A stretch of 64,000 bases of DNA from Caecitellus pseudoparvulus (Eukaryota > Protista > Bigyra: Bicosoecida), in assembly GCA_965644315.1 (NCBI GenBank), contig CBFFRQ010000034.1, forward strand, positions 124,001 through 188,000, written 5' to 3'. A model generated the notes under the pieces. The model saw nothing but the letters and a program-made list of their open reading frames with translations. It had not been told where the DNA came from and made no database searches. The position numbers and the translations under genes are program-made. Positions 15,001 to 24,139 of this stretch are shown here, piece by piece; position 1 is the stretch's first letter, and each line of letters opens with the position of its first letter.

Positions 15001-17393
15001 CACGCGCATGTTGCCGTACGCGTGCATGAGCGTGACGAGCCCAGACGCAGCATGGGCCGCGTCAGGCAGCCCCTCAGCGGCCCGCTGCAGAGGGTCCTCC
15101 ACGCCTCGTGCTGCCCGGGCAGCGGCGACGGGGTCAGGGCCCAGCGCCCCGCCCCCTGCCGCTGCGTGGCGCACGCCGGAAGCCTGCATCTCCCGCCGCA
15201 CAGTGTCCTGGCACAGGGACTGAATGCTGCGAGACAGCAGCGCGCGACTGGCGTTGGACGCGTGTTCGCCCAGACGCCGCCCAGCCATGAAGGACGCCTC
15301 GGCAGCGCCCAGCACGGCGGCATCGGAGCAGGCGGCAGCTGCTGCATCCTGCAGCTGTGCATCTCGTGCAGCCGCTTCATCTGCCAGTTTCAGCTCGGAA
15401 GCCAGGGTCTGCTTCAGGTCCTCTGTCCAGCTGGACCGCTGGGCAGGGGTGGCGTGCTCCCAGGCCTCTGCCGCAGCACGGGGATCAGCCCAGTGCCGCA
15501 GCCCCACCACCCACCGCCCAAGCTCAGACACGGACATGCGATCCATGATGTCCTGCGCCCCTTGCTCATACACTGCCCAAGACGCCTCGGCGTGCCCGTG
15601 CAGAGTATGCAGGATGGTCCACTCGTCGTCCAGTGCCCGCAACACTTCAGTGTGCATGGGGGAACCAGGCGGCAGCGTGGAGCCCATGGCGCCCAGTGCC
15701 AGCAGCAAGCGAGAGCGGTGGTACCAGTCCACCTCCTCGGCATCCAGCACTGCCAGCAGGCGGTGCAGGGTGCTGTCGGAGGGCTTGTCCAGGTGCATGA
15801 GGGCGAGGGCGATGTGGTTCACCAGCTCCTCGCTGGCGCCGTCCATGACCCACCGATCCTCCAGCAGCCCCACCAGGACATCCTGGCACGGCGCGTCACC
15901 CAGCGCTGCAACACCCCCCAGCAGGGAGTGTTGCACGGTGGCGGGCAGGGGCAGGAAGTCCTTGTGGGACGCCACCAGGCCCAGCACCTGCGCCTTCAGG
16001 TCCGAAGACAGCCGCATGGCCAGCGGCAGCTGGGTCGCACACTCGGCAGGCGAGGCGAGGGCGTCTGGGTTGCTGGCCGAGGCTTCAGCAGCATGCCGTG
16101 GTGGGCGGGAGGGCGCGCCCTTCTGCCCGCCGCGGCTGAAGCACTCGACGTAGTACCCCGCGTCGATCAAGCCAGCCATCACGCCGGCGATGTGAGGGCG
16201 CAAGCTCTCAGGCACTGCCTCCTCCATGTCAGAGTTGTCCACTGCCAGCTCAGCGGGGTGCATGCCCGAGCCATGTGCTTCATCCAGGTGGGGCGCATGC
16301 AGGCGGCGTGCCCCTGCCGCCAGCTCGTGCGGCAGCAGCGTCACGGCGCCAGCAAGCTGGTGCACGAAATCCGCAGGCACGGCGTGAAACGCCCGTTCCT
16401 CGGGAACCCGCCCTGCCAGCTCCACGTCGTCCGAGTGCAGCAGGGTGAAGTCAATGGTCATCGTCCACGGCTGCATGATGTCCCCCGTCGCTGCCTCGTC
16501 CACGCCGTGGTTGTCAAAGACGTGGTGGGGTCGATCGCCTCCGTGACTGTCTCGAGCCGAGTGCGGCATCTCAGCAGAAGCGCTGACCGTGGCACGCCCC
16601 GACACGATGCGCCACTGCCCCGCCGCCGACCGGACCAGCTCGTACGTAAACTCCTTGGCCAACAACATGCCATCGTGTACGTTCTTGCCTGGGCGCAAGG
16701 CACTCTGGTCCAGCGCCTTCACCACCGTGGCAGAGGAACCCTGCGCCTCGCCTGCCACGACACGGTACTGCCACACGCCGAGCCCCACGTCGCACATCTC
16801 CTCCGCGGACCACGTCTGGCCAGCCACAAAGGTCTCGGGCAGGGACACCTGCATGGAGGCCAGCAGCCCTCGCTTCCTGCGCAGCCGCGAACGAAACGTG
16901 GTGCAGTGCATGACGGCGCGTGCAGGCAGGGGCGAGATGGTGTGGCATCGCCCCCTCCCGGCGCCGCCCCCCATCGCAGCACGCACATGTTCAAGCTCTG
17001 TACTCGCTCATCTTCGTGCCCCATGAGCGTCACGTGGCCGTTCCCTGCACGCCACGCGACCAGGGGCAGCTCTTCATCAGGGCGCCCCTCGAAGGAGCCG
17101 TCTGGATCCGACACACGAGCCCACTGCGAAGCACTCTGCCGCTTCAACGGCACGCACTCCCGGGCCATGAACAGCTCCAGGCCGGGAGGGGATGCAGGGG
17201 AATCGTGTCCGTCCACGACGCTGGAGCTCCTGCCCCACAGGCACGACAAGCCAAAGGCGGAACCTCCTGCCCCGCTGCCGCCGTGCCTGCCTGCGTGTCT
17301 CAAGTTCCACTCGTACACTTCCACGCCCTGCGCTGCCCACAGCAGGCAGCAGCACGCCAGGAGCGCCAGTGGAAGGCGATTCAGTATGTTCAT
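1..17393 (-). CDS. Giant secreted protein, copy L (>=5,760 aa, 3' end outside window): signal peptide, vitellogenin/apoB-like LLT module, beta-rich segment, very long amphipathic/Ala-rich helical region
   Basis: ATG at 17393 (MNILNRLPLALLACCCLLWAAQG, signal-peptide-like). Exon 1 is 17393-16987, intron 16986-16877 (GTGCGT...GCGCAG, phase 2), exon 2 from 16876. The frame read at 16875, ~12400 and position 1 (...ADGVKGVQDFIKLMKNEGKA) is the same, and the ORF track lists no stop-terminated ORF in it. LLT-like motifs: SLNMKRGLLASMQV, EEMCDVGLGVWQY, LLLALGAM, LMHAYGNM, MRAHAVAAL. Confidence 0.85.
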
Positions 17394-17922
17394 TGCAGTT
17401 GGTTGGCTACAGCGCGTGCACGCGGCCTGGGTATGGCGAGCGCGCCTGAGGCAGCTGGCAGCAAACGCGCCCAGCGCCTTTCCGCTGTCCTCCCACACTC
17501 GAACACGGCACCGGCGCACTGAACGCACGCTAACGTCAGCGCGAGCGGGTCCTTGCGTGAGAATGAGGGTGGAACTCAGCTTGCACTGAGTGTGGTGTGT
17601 AATGGGTCCTGCGTCGCAGTGTCAGTCACTCCCGCGGCCTGACCTGGAGCACTCCTGGCGCATCACGGAGCAGCGCAATTGCCGCCGGCGGCCTAACTTC
17701 ACCAACCCACGCTTGTCAGCAGACGCTGGCCAAACGTGCGCACCGCACCGCTCAAAGCACAACTGCTGCTGCATGACTTGCTTGGGCAAGCCGTGGTCAG
17801 CCTCATTACCCCAGTTGTGCGTCTGTTGGTCGGGCAGGCGAACGCTTCCATCAGCGCGTGCCGCACTGCACCACCCTCGCACACGGGCCAGCCAGCCCCC
17901 GTGCCTCGGCCACCCACGGCAA
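14413..17922 (-). repeat. Left arm of ~3.5-kb near-identical inverted repeat (partner 54315-57821)
   Basis: The reverse complement matches 54315-57821 almost base for base (scattered SNPs, a 3-bp intron indel, and a more diverged patch at ~17760-17830). Paired ORF-track entries have near-identical translations, e.g. 16719..17528(-) and 54709..55515(+). Confidence 0.95.
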
Positions 17923-18060
17923 ACAACGCAGGCGAAGCATTCAGAGCATGGTATGCGCATGGAGCTCCTTCCGCTGTTCTCGGATAAGTATTAATTGAAT
18001 TCATAATCTGTGTAAGTCCAGGGCCCAGCACATGTGAGACCCCTTTATTTATTGTTTGCG

Positions 18061-19541
18061 TCAAGCATGCACGCCATATACAACTTCCGCCGATTCCACG
18101 CGCACAGGACAACTCCCGACAAGCCATCCGATTTCAGTTCCCGCCCGCAAGACGTGGGGTGTGGCAACTGGAGGAGCTGCCGCTCCAGCCCCCCCAAGTG
18201 GCATTGCTTCACCCCCACCCCGACCACCATGCTCCCCTTCAGCACCGTGCTCCCCTTCCATGCCATGCCCACCTGCAGCGGCAGAAATTGCAGCCTGGTC
18301 CTCCGCCAGCCACGGGTGGGTAAGGATCGCGCTGCAGGCCAGGCGCTCAGCTTGGTTCACGTTCAGCAGCTGGAAAATGAGGTCCACAGCTTGGTCGCTG
18401 GCAAGGCCTCTGAAACGCTCCGACTTCTGGATGGCTTCTGGCAAAGTGCCAGCATGAATAGCCCCAAAGAAGCCATCGCCTACTTTGGGTGACGTATACA
18501 ATAAAGCGCCGTGGAGCATTCCGAACAGCATCACCCCAAGTGTCCACGCATCCATGGCGCGCGCATCGGCGATGTCCTCCCTGTGGTACACTTCAGGCGG
18601 AAAGTAGCCAAACTTGCCGACACGGACGCGAGGTGCTGGGCCGTGCTCGGGAAGTGGCATGGCCCATGCTGCCCCAAAGTCGATGATACGGGCAGTCAAG
18701 CCGCCTTCCCCGTCTTCTGCAAGGACGACGTTCTCCAGAGACAGGTCGCGGTGGACGAGGCCGTGCTCGTGCATGTAGCAGACACCCTGCACAATTTGAC
18801 GGAAGACACCCTTGGCCACCTCTTCAGGCAGTCGATAAGGCGGGGCTCCTCTCATGTAGTCAATGGCGTCGCCTGTGAAGGGCAAAGGTGACGCTTCGGC
18901 TTTGCCGTGCGGCGGTCACGAGGCATGCTCATTCACTCACTGCCTCCAAACGGCATAACCATAAACACATTCAACGCGTCCTCTAGCACAGCCAGTGCTC
19001 CCATAAGGTGAGGGCACTCGCGCATGCGCTGCATGATGGCGATCTCTTCCAGAGGGTGTTCGTTGGCTACGCGACTTCCGTCGGCCATTTTTCGGCGGAG
19101 AAGTACACACTCCTTCCGCATCACCTTCACCGCGACGACTCGGCCCGGCTCCCAAGCCGCGTCAACTGACTCTCGTGTGAACTCCCGCCCAGCGTAGACG
19201 TTCCCCATCAATGCGTTCCTACGCATTCGCAACTGTGCATACATGCACACTGTCGAAGAAGCGGCGATGTGAAGTGAGGGAACGGGCGATGCACATTACA
19301 CTGTTGCGCCATACTCACGCCCATCAATGGACTCTACCTCGTCAAGTCCATGGTCGGGTGTGCGGCGTGCGACAGCCTGCTCCACTTGGAGTGGAACGCC
19401 GCGTACCTCAACCTGCTCCACGGCAGCATCGAATGCCGCCTGGACACCGACCTCCTGCAGCTTCTGCAATGCTGCACGACCATCATCACACCACTTTTCC
19501 CGCACAAGTCGCGCCGGAGCGTCTGGCTGTATGTCTGCCAT
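18061..19541 (-). CDS. Ser/Thr protein kinase (CAMK-like, HRDLSLEN type), 3 exons, ~447 aa
   Basis: Exons 19541-19319, 19249-18941 and 18872-18061, joined by GTGAGT...CAG introns with compatible phases. Motifs VAVK, EEIAIM, HRDLSLEN, DFG, GKFGYFPPE, DAWTLGV, HPWL. AATAAA lies just downstream of the stop on the minus strand (~18046-18053). Confidence 0.9.
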
Positions 19542-19802
19542 GCTGAAGATTATCGATGCCTACGGACACACTGTTGGAGGCTTGCCGCGCCTGCGCCTCG
19601 GACGCAGCGGGGTCACTGTTCAATTGCAACGATACACTTGTTTCTGTATGAAGAATAAAGCAAAGTTCCTTAGTATTCGTTCGGAAGGTTGGATTTGAGT
19701 GGCAAGCGGAACTGTGCTCCAGATCCAGCGCGCATACTCGTAGCGCAACCAGTTTCGCAAGCCTGCTGGAGGGGTGTGCGGGGGGGGGTGGGGCACCCCC
19801 CC

Positions 19803-19969
19803 CTGCTGTTGCCTCCCCCGCAGGGGGTGGCAAGCGGGGGTTCTGCAGGGAGGGAGGCGGGGCAGTGTCGCCTGGGGCGCACTCTTCACCTCGCCTCCCA
19901 TCCTCAGACCCTCACGTCGATGCCTCCTCTGATCTTCCTCCCTGACTTCGCCCGCTTCCTTTTTCTTTT
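19803..19969 (+). repeat. Ngaro split direct repeat A1
   Basis: 167 bp, appears identical to 25430-25596 (ctgctgttgcctcccccgcag...cttcctttttctttt). Confidence 0.95.
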
Positions 19970-19972
19970 GCC

Positions 19973-21961
19973 ATGGCCGCCCCTGCCCCGCTACCCCCCC
20001 TGGCTAGGGTCGAGGACCTTCTCCGGTTCTCGTCCCTGAAAGGCCTGGTGGCGTCGTACGAGGTCGAGGTCATACGGACCTGGGTCCAGACCTCGGCGCT
20101 CCTTGCCGATGTGCGTTCCGTAGGGAAGCACTATCGGCTGCGGCGCCTGGGGGGGGAGGACGGGAAGGAGCGGTTCATGGAGGCGGTGGAGCGGGCGGCT
20201 AGCCGCCGGCGCGCTAGCGCGCCGGCTCCGGCGCCTTCGGCCGCCCCCCTGCCGCACTCGCCTGAAGAGGCGCTTGCATTGTTCCTGGTTCCTCCCGAGA
20301 CCTTGCCGGAGGGCGTGGACCGCGCTCAGGCCGTCCGGACCTGTGCCAGGTTCGCTTGTGACCCCCAGCGGGGCTGGCGAACCTGGTCCCCCGAGAAGCT
20401 GGCCGCCTGGAAGACGGCGTGCCAGCTGCCCCCGGAGGTAACTGTGGAGGACCTGGAACAGCACTGCAAGGAAAGCGGCTGGTTGGATGAACCAGCGGCA
20501 AAACGTCCGGCCTTCTTTCCTTGGAACGAGGGGGAGGAAGGTTGGCGGGGCTGGGAGTCAGCTGGCACACCGGCCAATGTGCAAGTTGAGAAACCGGCCT
20601 CCGTGCCGACCGCGGAGGCTGCCGGTGTCGAGGAGGGGGGCACTGCATCCTCAGACACGCCCCAAGTCGCGCCACCGCCCCTGGCAGGCGCGGGTGGTCT
20701 GCCGGATGGGGCGGAAGCGCTCAGCATTGCGAGTACTTTTCCCGACGTCCCTCAGGATTCGGTCTTGCTCAGGCTAGGCGCATGGCGCTGGGTCGCCGCG
20801 TACCCCGGAGACGACGACAACGAGTTGCGCCAGCTCCTCGCCGCATTGGGTCGGGTGTTCCCTGAGCGTCAGGGCGCGTCGGTAATCGCTCCAATAGCCG
20901 CTTGCATGTTGGACTTCTGCAGAACCGGCCCGACCAAGCCGTCGGGCCCGATGGATACCGGTGCGTTCTTATGCGCAGGTCTGCCCGCCCCCCCCGCTCG
21001 CGCGTTGTCTACGCTTCCAGACTGGGTACAGCGCCCCTTACACGGGACGGACCTGGACGCGTCTGGGATTTCGATGGACGAAGGGCTCATGCTGGTGACG
21101 GACTTCGTGGCGGGGGAGGACGGTGGCGTCCGTGTCGTCCTGGACACAGAAGTGCTGCGGGCCGGCTGTGAACGCGGCGCCCTGCTGCGCTGCGTCATGA
21201 TGGGCAGCTATAAGGGCCGGTCCGTCTTAGCGTCCTTGCTGGGGAGGATTCTGGACTGTCGCACCACCGCGGACATGCTCCGGGCATGGCTCGACACAGT
21301 CTGGCTGCTCCCGGACAGTCTCATGTTCGCGGACACGCGAGGTTGGAGAAGGATGCTTTCACTCATTGTTTGGATCTCCATCGCATTGGAGGGCCTGGTG
21401 GCGATGGCGGGTAGCAAGCGCGCCTCGCGGATCCCCGACTCGGATGCGCGCTTGGCGGCGATGTGGGCCGACTCCATCAGGACAGAGTCAGCGCTCCTTC
21501 TCCCGGTCGCCCCCAGCTCTCGTTCTGCTCTGCTGCACCAGATAGCGGTGGAGGGGGCGGCGGCGCACTCGGCACCCCCGCCACCGTCTCCCCGCCCTCG
21601 CCGGTCCGAGGCACAACCGGCCGAGGGCACCAGGGGCGGACGCCGGCCCCCCCGAGGCTCGGTCGACGTGGCCGGCCCGGGAAGGGGGTCCCCACTCGGT
21701 GCCGACGACCCGCGCACTTTCGTTTGGTGCACGGCTTGTTCTTCCAGGTGCGCTACACATGCGCTCGAGGATTGTCCAGGCCTACGCGAGAAGGTTCAGG
21801 CCCTCGTGCGGGGTGGGGAGGCCAGCGGCCAGGAGGAGGCCCTCACTATTCTCCTCCGACGCGTCCGTGCCAAGATGCGGAGCAAAGGCGGTGAGTTCGC
21901 GCGAGAGTACGCGAAGCGCGAACCTAAGCTCGGCCTTCTCCTCGAACGTGTCCGCGCATAG
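19973..21961 (+). CDS. gag: Ngaro ORF1, Gag-like protein (662 aa)
   Basis: ATG immediately after A1. First-ORF position in the element. C-terminal Cys/His knuckle CTACSSRCATHALEDC. Ends in TAG at 21959-21961. Confidence 0.75.
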   Translation: MAAPAPLPPLARVEDLLRFSSLKGLVASYEVEVIRTWVQTSALLADVRSVGKHYRLRRLGGEDGKERFMEAVERAASRRRASAPAPAPSAAPLPHSPEEALALFLVPPETLPEGVDRAQAVRTCARFACDPQRGWRTWSPEKLAAWKTACQLPPEVTVEDLEQHCKESGWLDEPAAKRPAFFPWNEGEEGWRGWESAGTPANVQVEKPASVPTAEAAGVEEGGTASSDTPQVAPPPLAGAGGLPDGAEALSIASTFPDVPQDSVLLRLGAWRWVAAYPGDDDNELRQLLAALGRVFPERQGASVIAPIAACMLDFCRTGPTKPSGPMDTGAFLCAGLPAPPARALSTLPDWVQRPLHGTDLDASGISMDEGLMLVTDFVAGEDGGVRVVLDTEVLRAGCERGALLRCVMMGSYKGRSVLASLLGRILDCRTTADMLRAWLDTVWLLPDSLMFADTRGWRRMLSLIVWISIALEGLVAMAGSKRASRIPDSDARLAAMWADSIRTESALLLPVAPSSRSALLHQIAVEGAAAHSAPPPPSPRPRRSEAQPAEGTRGGRRPPRGSVDVAGPGRGSPLGADDPRTFVWCTACSSRCATHALEDCPGLREKVQALVRGGEASGQEEALTILLRRVRAKMRSKGGEFAREYAKREPKLGLLLERVRA

Positions 21962-24139
21962 GAACTCGCCGCCCGGGGGGTTCGTTGCCGCTGGCCAGTG
22001 CCGGAGACCCCTCCCGATCTCTGGAAGAGCGCAGCCCCCCGGGCAGACAACCACCTGGCGATGGCCTTCGTCTTAGAGGCTGTCATACGGGCCTGTGGAC
22101 GGGGGACCTCGCTCCGCCCGCAGCGGCTTTTCGAACAGCTGCTGGCGGCAGCAGCGCGTCCACGGCGGGTCGGCCTTCTGGACCCGGTCGGGTGCTGGCA
22201 GGCGCACTGCACGTTGTGCCCTGTGTGCGGGCGGGATTCCCGGGTAGCAGCCCAGCTGCAGCGATGCCCGGCCGCCCGGGTCATCGTCTGGGTGTCCACG
22301 GAGGGCGTGGATCCCGGAGACCTCATGGTAGCACCCCCCCCCCGGCGGCTTTCAGTGGAGAGGCCCTACAGCGTGCTGGCTCGGGAGCGTCGGGCGTTGG
22401 CGGATCGCTTCGCCCAGTTGTTGCGCGATGAGGTGGCGGTCCCTCTCGACGCGGCGGACATGCGCGCCAGGAGACGCCAAGGGGTTCCAGTAGCTTCCGC
22501 GTTCGTGGTCTCCAAGTGGTCCCTCAACCCGGGGCCCGACTGCCCCGACCGCCTGAGGCGTTGGGCTGAGTCGTGTCCCCGCGAGGCAGTCGACTTCGTC
22601 ACCGGGGCCAAGTCTGCTCAGCCGCCCTCCTCGCTATGCGCCCGGAAGGACCGGGTCGTGTTCGACCTGGCTGCGGTCAACGCCGTCACCGCCAGCATCC
22701 CCTTTGTGTACCCGACGCTGGCCGAGTGGCTGTGCAGCGTCGGGGGCGGCAAACAGCTTATCGTGGCAGACGTGAAGGACGGGTTCACCACCATTCCAGT
22801 GGCCCCCCGCGCGGCCTGGCGCTTTACCATGGTCGGGGACGGGACTTCCCCTCTTGAGTTGCGCCGCGTCCCGTTCGGGTGGGCCGCGGCTCCCTTCGTC
22901 TTCTGCTTGGTCTCCGGTCTGCTGGCACAGACTCTGCGGGCTCGTTTCCCTTCGGCGGCGGTCATGGTCTACATGGATGACCTGCTGGTGGCGAGCCCAC
23001 GAGACCGGGCTGCCGAGGTGCTGCAGGGTGTAAAGGATTGTTTCCACCTGCTGGGGCTGGGGCTAAGCGCGCCCAAGCTACAGGGGCCGGCGTCTGAGGT
23101 CGACTACTTGGGCTTTCACCTCTCGGCGCAGCCCGCGGGGGTCGCGGTCCGGTTCCCGGAACACAAGCGAGTCTTCCTCGCAGTGGCACTGGAGCTGGTG
23201 GTCGAGCGCCTGCACAGCGACACTCGGGGGCTTCGGAAGCGCGCTTTCGCAGCCCTCACCTCGCAGCTTCGTCGCCCCGCGGAACTGATGACAGAGGGTC
23301 GGGCGCGGCTCGCCCCCCTCTACCGTGCTATGGGGGAGCCGGCCTTTCGCTTTACGAGCTGGTCACGACCCCTGAACATCCCCCGCTCGGCCCAGGCGGC
23401 CCTCGAATGGTTCGCACAACAACTGCAGTTCCCCCACGCCCCGCGCCTGCTTCGGGACGCCGTCCCTATCGCGACCGACTCCCGCCTTACCCTGTTCGGA
23501 GCGACAGACGCGGCAGGCGACGGGGGCATGGGAGGGTTTCTTACCGTGCACCGCTCGGCCGGTGGCACCAGGGCCACGGCTTGGGCCTGGACGCGGCGCG
23601 TTACCGGCTCCGCTCCGGGAACGCTGCGTACCTCCGGCCTCTCCACGACCTGGGAGGTAGCGGCTCTGTTCTGGCAGGTCGTGGCGGCCGGCATGGTGCG
23701 GGATCGCCTGCGCCCCGGTACACCGGTTCTTCTGGAGTCAGTGGTGGATTCACGGGCCGCGGCGGCCATCCACCAGCGCGGCTATAGTCTCCGTTCGGAA
23801 ACGATGACTGAGTTTTGTCGTTGCCTCGCCCTAGCGCAGAGGCGCCTGCGGATTCGCCTCGTCGCTCGGTGGGAGAGGCGGTGGTTGAATTGGCAGGCGG
23901 ACCGCCTCTCTCACCCGGAGACCGTGGATCCCTCCGGGCTGGGATCCCCTCCCGCCGCTATGGTAGACCTGAATCTGGAAGCAGAGACATCGCCGACCGA
24001 CCAAACCACTGAGTGGGTCGTCCTTAACCCAGACGCGCGCGCGAGCGGCCCAGGCGACCTCGTTGACTGCGTCACGACAGCCGAACAGGCAGCCCTCCTC
24101 CTCACGCAGGGTGGATCGTCGTCAAGGAAGAGCAACTAG
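21962..24139 (+). CDS. pol: Ngaro ORF2, reverse transcriptase + RNase H (in frame with gag)
   Basis: RT motifs RVVFDLAAVN, ADVKDGF, VPFGWAAAP, YMDD, YLGF. RNase H acidic residues in ATDAAG, TWEVAA, VVDSRAA, NWQADRLS. The frame is open from the codon directly after the gag TAG. Confidence 0.93.
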   Translation, partial: ELAARGVRCRWPVPETPPDLWKSAAPRADNHLAMAFVLEAVIRACGRGTSLRPQRLFEQLLAAAARPRRVGLLDPVGCWQAHCTLCPVCGRDSRVAAQLQRCPAARVIVWVSTEGVDPGDLMVAPPPRRLSVERPYSVLARERRALADRFAQLLRDEVAVPLDAADMRARRRQGVPVASAFVVSKWSLNPGPDCPDRLRRWAESCPREAVDFVTGAKSAQPPSSLCARKDRVVFDLAAVNAVTASIPFVYPTLAEWLCSVGGGKQLIVADVKDGFTTIPVAPRAAWRFTMVGDGTSPLELRRVPFGWAAAPFVFCLVSGLLAQTLRARFPSAAVMVYMDDLLVASPRDRAAEVLQGVKDCFHLLGLGLSAPKLQGPASEVDYLGFHLSAQPAGVAVRFPEHKRVFLAVALELVVERLHSDTRGLRKRAFAALTSQLRRPAELMTEGRARLAPLYRAMGEPAFRFTSWSRPLNIPRSAQAALEWFAQQLQFPHAPRLLRDAVPIATDSRLTLFGATDAAGDGGMGGFLTVHRSAGGTRATAWAWTRRVTGSAPGTLRTSGLSTTWEVAALFWQVVAAGMVRDRLRPGTPVLLESVVDSRAAAAIHQRGYSLRSETMTEFCRCLALAQRRLRIRLVARWERRWLNWQADRLSHPETVDPSGLGSPPAAMVDLNLEAETSPTDQTTEWVVLNPDARASGPGDLVDCVTTAEQAALLLTQGGSSSRKSN

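Noticed and set aside
14569-17589. 1006-aa + strand ORF, and other long ORFs antisense to the giant genes (e.g. 1748..3151, 39249..41543, 47253..49055, 55098..56780)
   Set aside because: Shadow ORFs caused by high GC and codon bias of the real opposite-strand CDS. They have no motifs, and the equivalent frame in the other repeat arm is broken by a stop.
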